Below, piece by piece: positions 41,486 to 49,072 of a DNA stretch of 64,000 bases. The position numbers and the translations under genes were made by a program. Positions within the stretch are counted from its first letter, which is position 1. Each line of letters opens with the position of its first letter. The DNA comes from an uncultured Chloroflexia bacterium. Lineage in GTDB: Bacteria > Chloroflexota > Limnocylindria > QHBO01. The DNA is taken from positions 576,001 through 640,000 of the forward strand of contig CAWGTN010000002.1 of the NCBI GenBank assembly GCA_963825525.1, given 5' to 3'. Under the pieces are notes generated by a model. The model was not told the DNA's origin. It worked only from the letters and a program-made list of their open reading frames with translations, and did no database searches.

Positions 41486-42067
41486 ATGCGCATTCGATCG
41501 TGGACGCCGTTGTCATTGGCAGTCGGGTTGGGGATGCTTGCGTCCCTTGCCCTGACCGGCGTGGTGGCGGCAGCCGAAACGACCCTGACCGCGACGCTCG
41601 CCCCGGTCACCGAGGGTGAGAATCCCGGCAACCCCGACGGTTCCGGAACGGCATCGATCGTCATCGATCCGGCAGCCGGCACCGCGTGCTGGGAGCTGAG
41701 CGTCGACGGCATCGGCCCCGTGCTCCAGTCCCACATTCACGTGGGCGCGGAAGGCGAGTCCGGCGACGTTGTCGTTCCCCTGGACGTTGACGGCTTCGAC
41801 GGGACCAGCGAGGGGTGCATCGAGCCGATGGAGGACGCTGCTGTGCTCCAGCAGATCCTCGACGACCCGGCGGGCTACTACGTCAACGTCCACACCGAGG
41901 ACTTCCCGGCCGGCGCGATCCGCGGCCAGCTAGCCGGCGGCGATGACTCACCGGACACGGCCGTGCCCGTGACCGATGGCTCAACGACCCTGTTCGGGGG
42001 GATCCTGCTGGCCCTGGCGGCGGCCATTGCGCTGCGAGTGTGGCGTCCGCTGGCGACGCGCGACTGA
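41486..42067 (+). CDS. Secreted CHRD domain protein with C-terminal anchor
   Basis: Signal peptide, GNPDGSG, SHIHVG, YYVNVHTEDFPAGAIRGQL; SPDTA + TM + RVWR tail. Confidence 0.9.
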   Translation: MRIRSWTPLSLAVGLGMLASLALTGVVAAAETTLTATLAPVTEGENPGNPDGSGTASIVIDPAAGTACWELSVDGIGPVLQSHIHVGAEGESGDVVVPLDVDGFDGTSEGCIEPMEDAAVLQQILDDPAGYYVNVHTEDFPAGAIRGQLAGGDDSPDTAVPVTDGSTTLFGGILLALAAAIALRVWRPLATRD

Positions 42068-42090
42068 GGGGTCGTTCGGCGTCGTGTTGC

Positions 42091-42335
42091 GTCGATATAT
42101 CGGCGCGGGGGCACTCCGGGGTGGCACGGTTTGGCCACCCCGGGGCCGGGGGGAGTAGCTGATATTTCGGCCATGCGGTGGCCCGCGGGTCGCGTGGGCG
42201 CCCTGGTGCCGATATTTCGGCGCCCCGGGAACGTGAGGGGCGCATCGAGGCGCCGTCTGAGCGCGGGATGAGCTGAAATATCGGCACCGCGGCGCCCCAG
42301 ACGGTCTCCGGCCACGGATCAGCGGAAATATCGGC
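42091..42335. repeat. Family C cluster: five 14-bp near-palindromes of GCCGATATTTCGGC type
   Basis: Copies at 42091, 42158, 42208, 42272, 42322; copies 2-3 and 4-5 form two inverted 64-bp arms. Confidence 0.8.
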
Positions 42336-42347
42336 GCGCCACGAGGG

Positions 42348-42794
42348 TCAGCGCAAGGTGAGGCGGAAGTAGCGACCCTCGCTCAGGATGTGGCGTCGTG
42401 CGCCGCGGTACAGGAGATTGGCCGGGAACGGCTGTTGCTCGGCGGTGGCCATGATCACCTCGTCACGCTCCGCGCCGAGCGGGAGCGGCACGGCGCTCAC
42501 CTCGATCGGCGCCTCGGGGCGGGGCGCCACGACGGCCTGACCGGCACTGCGCAGGTTGGCCGTCCACGCGACCTCGCCGTTCGGATGGCCGATGTACCAG
42601 GTCCGGTTCACCCGAATGAGCCCGACGAGCACGTTTCGCTGCCGCCCCGTCCGGCGGCCGATAATCGTGACGCGCGAGGTGATGCCCAGCCCCACGCTGA
42701 ACCAGGCCCAGCGCAGAAGCGGATCGAGCACGCGGATGGCGGCGTAGGCGGCCCGGAACACCAGGTTCCAGGCTCGCGACGGACGAGCGTTCAT
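42348..42794 (-). CDS. Deazaflavin (F420)-dependent nitroreductase-like split-barrel protein
   Basis: IIGRRTGRQR..L, WTANLR pattern of the DDN family; divergent. Confidence 0.65.
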   Translation of the reverse strand: MNARPSRAWNLVFRAAYAAIRVLDPLLRWAWFSVGLGITSRVTIIGRRTGRQRNVLVGLIRVNRTWYIGHPNGEVAWTANLRSAGQAVVAPRPEAPIEVSAVPLPLGAERDEVIMATAEQQPFPANLLYRGARRHILSEGRYFRLTLR

Positions 42795-42833
42795 CAGACG
42801 GGATACGTGGCACGCGGCGATCCATACGCCTCG

Positions 42834-43746
42834 TCAGCGGTGCGATCGACGGCGCCGAAGCGTCAGCTGCCGGCCGAGCACGGCGGCACCGGCCAGCGAC
42901 ATGCCGCCACCCAGCACGACCCATGGCAGCGCACCGGACCCGCCGCCCGCGAAGAGGCGTTCCCGAGAGCACGTCCTCGCGCACGCTGGCCGATGGCTCT
43001 GCCCCCTCCGTTGACCCGCTCGTGGCCGCAGGGCTCGGGCCATCCGTCGCCGCACCCGATGGCGGGATGGCCGAACCCGAACTCAGCGGTGACGGAACGA
43101 GAATGGGCGACGCGCGCGGCGCCGATGTTGGACTGGCCGTCGGAGGAGCCGATGGTGGCCGGGCGGTGGACGGCGGCGTTACGACCGGGGTTGCCGTCGG
43201 CCGGTTCGTGGCCGTCGAGGTCGGCATCGGCGTCGCGGTCGGCGTGGGTGGAGGAACCGAGGCGATTGGCGAGGGCGAGGGCGACGGCGAGGGCACGGGA
43301 GTCGCGGTCGACTGGGGCGCGATGACCACGACGGTCGGGCCGGCCAGCGGGACCGGCTTTGGACCCTGCGACACCGTGGCACTGAACGTGACGGGCCAGG
43401 TGCCCTCGGGGAGGGTGGTCGTAGCCTGGTACGTACCGTCATCGGCCTGTCCGCTCACAAGCGCGAGGGCGAGCGACGTGTCGGCGACCTGGGCGCTGAC
43501 CGAGCTGGCTGCGAATCCCTGGTCGCTCAGGTATCGGACGCTGAAGAGGAAGCTTGTCTGCGTCGTACCGGAGCCGGGCGAGACACTGCCTGCGCCGAGG
43601 GTTGCTGCGGCGGCGACGCGCGGCGCGGATCCCAGCCAGATGGACCCGACCGCCAGGATGACGGCGGCCCCGATGAGAACGGACCGATGGGCTGGCCCCA
43701 GCGGTGAGATGGCGCAGGACACTGGGTGATCCACTGTGTGGACCAT
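42834..43746 (-). CDS. Secreted Pro/Ser/Thr-rich protein with C-terminal TM anchor (frameshift near 42960)
   Basis: Signal peptide, SVSPGSGTTQTSFLFSVRY beta domain, PSPT linker; anchor ALPWVVLGGGMSLAGAAVLGRQLTLRRRR in ORF 42834..43055; start uncertain. Confidence 0.65.
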
Positions 43747-44035
43747 CGATCTTGCCACCGATGCCAACCGGCGTCCGCGGCGCGCCGTCAGACGTTGACC
43801 GATGTCACCGCGGTGGCTGGCGGGGAGGCGAATGAACAGCGCCGAAGCGATGTGCAATCCATCGCCCCGGCGCCTGGCTCGCATCCTCCGTAGCACCGGA
43901 GAAGGCGAGATGAGCCTCATGGTACGCCGATGGTCTGGGGGACGGTATACGACAATGGAGTCGCATCCAACGGCTGACGCCACATGGGTGGGGCGCGCCG
44001 AAGGAGTGCCGAGCGAATTCAACTGGACGAGGACG

Positions 44036-44392
44036 ATGGCCATGCCCAAGCATCGGATTTACGCGATGAGTGTCGCGAGCGTCTACCCGCTGTACGTGGC
44101 GAAGGCGGAGAAGAAGGGCCGGACCAGGCGAGAGGTCGATGAGGTCATCTGCTGGCTCACCGGGTACGACGCCGCGGGGCTCGAGGGCCAGCTTGAGAAG
44201 CAAGTGGACTTCGAGACGTTCTTCGCTGAAGCGCCTCAGCCGAACCCGTCGAGGGGGTCGATCACCGGGATGATCTGTGGGGTCCGAGTCGAGGAGATCC
44301 AGGAGCCGACCATGCGAGAGATTCGCTACCTGGACAAGCTGGTCGATGAGCTCGCGAAAGGCAGGCCGATGGAGAGAGTCCTGCGCGCCTAG
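44036..44392 (+). CDS. DUF2200 domain protein
   Basis: [55 protein letters not shown]. Confidence 0.92.
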   Translation: MAMPKHRIYAMSVASVYPLYVAKAEKKGRTRREVDEVICWLTGYDAAGLEGQLEKQVDFETFFAEAPQPNPSRGSITGMICGVRVEEIQEPTMREIRYLDKLVDELAKGRPMERVLRA

Positions 44393-44606
44393 GGCACGTC
44401 GAACGTGGCCGTCGGATGGCCACTCGACGCGGCGGCCAAGGCTGGATCGTCCACCGCGCCATCCGGTCATACGCTTCGCCCTACAAGACGCACGACCTCG
44501 GGGACCCGGACACTGGGACCCTGGCGTGTAGCGACTCATACTGCTGGTATGACTGGCCAGGGGTAGCTGGCGGCCGAGCAGCGGAAGCGTCAGACCGATA
44601 TTGGGT

Positions 44607-45122
44607 TCAAGCTCGTTGCGCTGCGCCCTCTGGCGCCCGGCGTATCCCTGCCGAATCGGGCTGACGAGTCAGCTTGACGTAGATCCCATCCAGCTCGGCC
44701 TTGCGCGCCGCCATGCGATCGCCGAGCGCTACGAGCTCATCGGCATCGAAGACGGAGCGCGCCTGCTTGAACATCTCGCCCTCCTCTTCCTCGATGTGGT
44801 GCTCGATATTCTCCTTCATGACCGTGAACTTGGCTGCCCACCGCTCGTCGGTCACGTCGGTGGCCTCGAGTTCGGCCATCACGGTGTCGACGACGTTGTG
44901 CTCTTCATAGGCCTCCAGGACGATCTCCTTGGCCTTGGGATGCTCCTTGAGCGCCGGGTAGAAGATCGACTCCTCGATCTCCTCGTGAACGGTGAGTTCC
45001 CGCTTGATGGTAGCGAGGAGATCCGCGCGCGTTTTCTCCGCGCGCTCGGTGGTCGCGTCCGCCTGGTTGAGCAGCTTCTTGACCTTGTCGTGATCGTCCT
45101 TGAGCAATCGAATCGCGTCCAT
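44607..45122 (-). CDS. Hemerythrin/HHE cation-binding domain protein
   Basis: MDAIRLLKDDH, HEEIEESIFYP, EAYEEH, IEHHIEEEEGEMF. Confidence 0.9.
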   Translation of the reverse strand: MDAIRLLKDDHDKVKKLLNQADATTERAEKTRADLLATIKRELTVHEEIEESIFYPALKEHPKAKEIVLEAYEEHNVVDTVMAELEATDVTDERWAAKFTVMKENIEHHIEEEEGEMFKQARSVFDADELVALGDRMAARKAELDGIYVKLTRQPDSAGIRRAPEGAAQRA

Positions 45123-45429
45123 GTAGGTATCTCCAAAAAGAGGTGCATGAAACGGGGGCCTTCCCCATTCGGCCAAGGCCATGCTCCCCTGGCTTCGTGG
45201 TTATGGTCACTGCGCCCAGATGCAGAACGCGTGCCGTCAGAGACGGCATGCCGAGGTGCGGGATCGACGGCGGAAAGGACGGACACAGCCGATCAGGCTA
45301 AAAATCATGTCAGCTGCCCGGATCACAGAGTGCTTGCGGCACAATGGGGGCCACTTGGGGATTGCGCTCGTGGCTAGGCAATCCATCGCGCCCCGCTGTC
45401 GGTCGAATCATGTAGCGAGATTGAGCCGG

Positions 45430-45816
45430 ATGACGTCAGACCAAGAGCCAGGCGCCGACCTGGACGTCGAAGAGGGCGGCGGGCCGCCAATCGGCACGGC
45501 ATGGACGCTGGAGGTTGGGGGCGATGAGAGGTGGTCCGCCGACCTGGAACACGCTGCCCCACTTCCCCGAGTCGGCGAGACGATCGAGTTGATCCTCGTG
45601 GACGGAGCTCGGCAACGCCTCCAGGTTCGCGAGGTCATCCACGTCCTTCAGCCTTCGGCGACTGACCGGCCGGCCGTGCGAGAGGAGACTTCGGGGCCGA
45701 ACTCCATCGTCGTTGACGGGGGCCCTGGCGCGACGCCGCGATTCCTGCGAGCGGGCCTGCCGCGGGTCGTGGCAGATCCGGGTGGCCCCGAGGGGGGTTC
45801 TGGCCAGGAGGAGTGA
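45430..45816 (+). CDS. Hypothetical protein
   Basis: Plausible coding frame with PLPRVGETIEL..VREVIH; no family recognised. Confidence 0.55.
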   Translation: MTSDQEPGADLDVEEGGGPPIGTAWTLEVGGDERWSADLEHAAPLPRVGETIELILVDGARQRLQVREVIHVLQPSATDRPAVREETSGPNSIVVDGGPGATPRFLRAGLPRVVADPGGPEGGSGQEE

Positions 45817-45845
45817 ATCGGGCCGCTGCAGCCGGTCGCAACGCT

Positions 45846-46117
45846 TCAACCGAGGAAGGAGTCCTCCAACCGCCACTGGTGATCTTGCCCGCACTCGATG
45901 CAATCGACGAGCATTTGGAGCCGCCCGAAGCGAGCGGCACGCCTGACAACTCGAACCCTGTGTCCGTCGCTCGTCCCGTCGCCGGACACACGACCATCAG
46001 CCGACGCAGCAGCCCCGCGAGTTCACTTTGGTCGTGGTGTTCATCGGCTGACGCCGGGTATCCCGCACGGGGTCGCCCAGGATGAATGGGGGCTTGATCC
46101 TCCCCATAAGCGTCCAT
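45846..46117 (-). CDS. Small putative Zn-binding protein (CPxTG...CxxCGxxHxW), frameshift near 45920
   Basis: GGAGG RBS; LMVVCPATGRATDTGFEL, then in the adjacent frame QMLVDCIECGQDHQWRLEDSFLG*. Confidence 0.6.
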
Positions 46118-46486
46118 CCAACCTCCCCCACAATTCACGATGACGAGGGATTGGAGATGCACCCGCTGTGCCAAGAACGCCGTCTACGTCAGTCCCCACC
46201 GACGCGCATGTTTCACGCTCGGCAGCACGGCCGAACGTCCAGCCGTTGCAGCAGTGGTCGGGCCGGGCGGATCGACGCGAATCATGACTTCGAGCCAGAA
46301 CTCATGAGCAGATCTAGCCCTTCGGCCTCCTGGTAGCTAATCAGAAACGTGTTGGGCGCCCTGTCGAAGGAGCCCTGTCGTATCGGGAATGCCGAGCGAG
46401 CAACCCCATGCACGCCATCGCTCGCGCAGAAGAGATCCGCCCTCGTCGTCCCAGACCGTCTTCCGCACCTCGGCTACCCGGGAGTC

Positions 46487-46921
46487 TCAGAGCGGGGTCC
46501 GACGGAATGCCGCCGCTGCTGGTGTCGAGCGAAACGCCTGACCGTCGACTCGGTGGATATCGAACTCCCTGACGAATCCGTCAGCGATCTGAATGATCGC
46601 ATTGATGGCGGTTCCGTCAGCATCCTCTGCCACTCCCATGACCGGCAACGCTCCGGACGTAGGGCCCCACGTCAGGTCCTCGAGGGGCGGCGCGCCATCC
46701 GCGACGCGTACCCACATGGTCGGACAGTGATCAACGCACTCAGCCTCGACCACCGCGTCGATCATCTGCCGTTCGGCCATACGAGATTCGAGGGTCTCGT
46801 CCAAAAGGGCCCGGAAAGATCCCGCTCCCATTGCGAGAGCGGCCGTGGCGGATTCAGGTCTCGAGCCTTGTGCGATAGGGGTCCCAGCGTTATCCGCATC
46901 AGCTTCATTCCGCTCGTTCAC
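46487..46921 (-). CDS. Hypothetical protein (DUF6984-like C-terminus)
   Basis: CVDHCPT..EDADGTAINAIIQIADGFVREFDIHRVDG; family from recall; start uncertain. Confidence 0.55.
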   Translation of the reverse strand: MNERNEADADNAGTPIAQGSRPESATAALAMGAGSFRALLDETLESRMAERQMIDAVVEAECVDHCPTMWVRVADGAPPLEDLTWGPTSGALPVMGVAEDADGTAINAIIQIADGFVREFDIHRVDGQAFRSTPAAAAFRRTPL

Positions 46922-46981
46922 GCTCAGTCTCTGCCGCCGGAAGGCCCAGGTGCGTGGGGTGCCACCATGTTAGGAACGATC

Positions 46982-47413
46982 CTAGCCCCGGGGACGCGGC
47001 CACTCACCGCGTTCCAGCGCATCGAGCCGCTCCTCTGCGAACTGGTTAAACAACTCGACAGTCTCTCCTGCCTGCGAACCCGTCATGCGCTCGCTGATGG
47101 CTTGGGAGTGGACCTGAACCAATGAGGCTCCCTCCTCAAGTCCGACTGACCCTGGGCTGGCGGGCGCCATCTTCATCACCGCCGCGATGACCCACTCCAA
47201 GGGATACCATTCCTCGGGCCGGTCGCGGCCTGCTAGCTCAATGGCAACTAGGCCGCGATCGCGAGTTGCCCGGAGCCGGAATGCCGCCGTGCTAAGGACT
47301 ATCGAGGCATCATCGAAGTACGGGCCTGTAAGGCGCGACTCCATGGTCGCGCCGCTTTGCACCAACCGACGGAACGCGCGCGTTACGTCGTCTTCAAAGC
47401 TGGTTGTGGCCAT
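46982..47413 (-). CDS. Hypothetical protein
   Basis: MATTSFEDDV..RLRATRDRG..EEWYPLEWV; visibly more A/T-rich codons than core genes. Confidence 0.55.
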   Translation of the reverse strand: MATTSFEDDVTRAFRRLVQSGATMESRLTGPYFDDASIVLSTAAFRLRATRDRGLVAIELAGRDRPEEWYPLEWVIAAVMKMAPASPGSVGLEEGASLVQVHSQAISERMTGSQAGETVELFNQFAEERLDALERGEWPRPRG

Positions 47414-47596
47414 GGCCTCACACCATCCGCCGCTGTCCGTTGACGTATCGCGCCACATGCCGAGGCTGCGAAGGACAAGAGAGTTCCACCGCGAAGTATC
47501 CGCTCGCCTGATAAGGAGAATTCGAGAGTACTAAAGAGTCGCCGCTCCGCATTCTATGGGCAGCACATGGCCGAATTGAGCGTGGAACGAGGGAGA

Positions 47597-47672
47597 TGGC
47601 GCGCCCGGAGGGATTCGAACCCCCGACCTGCTGATCCGAAGTCAGCTGCTCTATCCACTGAGCTACGGGCGC
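47597..47672 (-). tRNA. tRNA-Arg (anticodon UCG)
   Basis: GCGCCCG-TA-GCTC-AGTGGATA-GAGC-A-GCTGA-CTTCGGA-TCAGC-AGGTC-GGGGG-TTCGAAT-CCCTC-CGGGCGC-G-CCA, 76 nt, A20 Arg identity element, encoded CCA. Confidence 0.97.
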
Positions 47673-47789
47673 ACGGAGGAATCGTACCCGATGGCGTCCG
47701 AGGACAGCTGTCGAGGTCCCGGTGCGATGAGTCGTGCGAAGCGCGGGCGTCTAAGGTCACACACACCGCACTTCCTCGGATGGAGATCC

Positions 47790-48623
47790 ATGACAGTTCT
47801 GATGGAGGGGATCTCGTTCGGCGAGTCCCCGCGCTGGCACGACGGACGGCTCTGGTTCTCCGACTGGGGCGCGGGCCAGGTCATCGCACTCGATCGTGAG
47901 GGCAGCCACGAGGTCATCGTCAGCGTTCCGTCGTTCCCGATGTGCATCGACTTCCTGCCCGATGGACGCCTGCTGGTGGTGGATTCGACCCACGGGCGGC
48001 TTCTCCGTCGCGAGGCCGACGGAGCGCTCCTCACCCATGCCGACCTGGCGCCGATCTCTGACAAGCCATGGAACGACATCGCGGTCGACGGGCGTGGCAA
48101 TGCCTACGTCAACAATATCGGCTTCGACTTTCCGGACGGCGAGCCGGGACCGGGCTTCATCGTGCTCGTGACGCCCGATGGTGACGTGCGGCGCGTTGCC
48201 GATGACCTTGCCTTCCCGAATGGGATGGCGATCACGGCCGACGGCCGGGTCCTGCTGGTGGCGGAGTCCTACGCCAACCGCCTCACGGCCTACGACATCG
48301 GCCCCGACGGCGGGCTCATTGGTCGGCGCGTCTGGGCCGACACCCCTGACGATCATCCGGACGGCATCTGCATCGATGCCGAAGGCGCCGTCTGGTACGC
48401 CGATGTGGGCAACCAGCGCTGCGTCCGCGTGCGCGAGGGCGGCGAGGTGCTGGGGACCGTCGAGCTGGATCGCGGCGCGTTCGCCTGCGCCCTCAGCGAG
48501 GGTGATCACCCGGAGCTGTATGTCGTCGGTCAGCGGTGGGGCGGCCCGGAATCGGCGGAGCCCACCGGGCAGGTCGTGTCGTTCCCGGCACCGGCTCCTG
48601 GCGCCCGGAGGCCCGGCGCCTGA
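47790..48623 (+). CDS. SMP-30/gluconolactonase/LRE family protein
   Basis: FGESPRWHDGRLWFSD, WNDIAVD, FPNGMAIT, PDGICIDAEG. Confidence 0.93.
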   Translation: MTVLMEGISFGESPRWHDGRLWFSDWGAGQVIALDREGSHEVIVSVPSFPMCIDFLPDGRLLVVDSTHGRLLRREADGALLTHADLAPISDKPWNDIAVDGRGNAYVNNIGFDFPDGEPGPGFIVLVTPDGDVRRVADDLAFPNGMAITADGRVLLVAESYANRLTAYDIGPDGGLIGRRVWADTPDDHPDGICIDAEGAVWYADVGNQRCVRVREGGEVLGTVELDRGAFACALSEGDHPELYVVGQRWGGPESAEPTGQVVSFPAPAPGARRPGA

Positions 48624-48630
48624 GCGATCG

Positions 48631-49059
48631 TCACCACAGGGCCAGGCCGGTCTCCTCGTCGGGCACACGGACCAGTGACACGCCGGTGAACTCGCGGATC
48701 ATGATCTCCGCCGCGAAGACCTCGCAGCCGCGGAGCAGGTGGCCGCCCACGGTGGCGCCATCGGCATCGGCGAAGGTGGCGTGCGCGTGGAGGAACGGGC
48801 GGTCGTCGCGCAGCGAGATATTGCCCAGGAATCCCACGATCTCGTGGTGCGTTCGGGACTCGAGCTCGCGGTAGCGGCGGTCGTGCTGCTCGTAGTAGGC
48901 GTAGGCCGCCCGTCGCACCGCGCCGATGACGGTCACCTGGGCCGCCACGACGCCATGCTCGGTGCAGAACCGCTCGATCTCCTCGACGAGGTCGCTCCCC
49001 GTCTCCAGACGGCCGACGAATCCTCGCCCGCTGCTGACCTCGGTCAATCCGGCTGGCAA
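48631..49059 (-). CDS. PPC domain (DUF296) protein
   Basis: RLETGSDL, IGAV, EIVGFLGNIS..FLHAH..GGHL; GGAGG before TTG 49059. Confidence 0.88.
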   Translation of the reverse strand: MPAGLTEVSSGRGFVGRLETGSDLVEEIERFCTEHGVVAAQVTVIGAVRRAAYAYYEQHDRRYRELESRTHHEIVGFLGNISLRDDRPFLHAHATFADADGATVGGHLLRGCEVFAAEIMIREFTGVSLVRVPDEETGLALW

Positions 49060-49072
49060 CGTCCAGGTCCTC

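Noticed and set aside
44631-44645. att duplication of the tRNA 3' end (tggcgcccgg)
   Set aside because: Too short and imperfect for GC-rich DNA
44416-44664. 82-aa ORF downstream of DUF2200
   Set aside because: No RBS or motif and it overlaps the hemerythrin 3' end; may be a gene remnant
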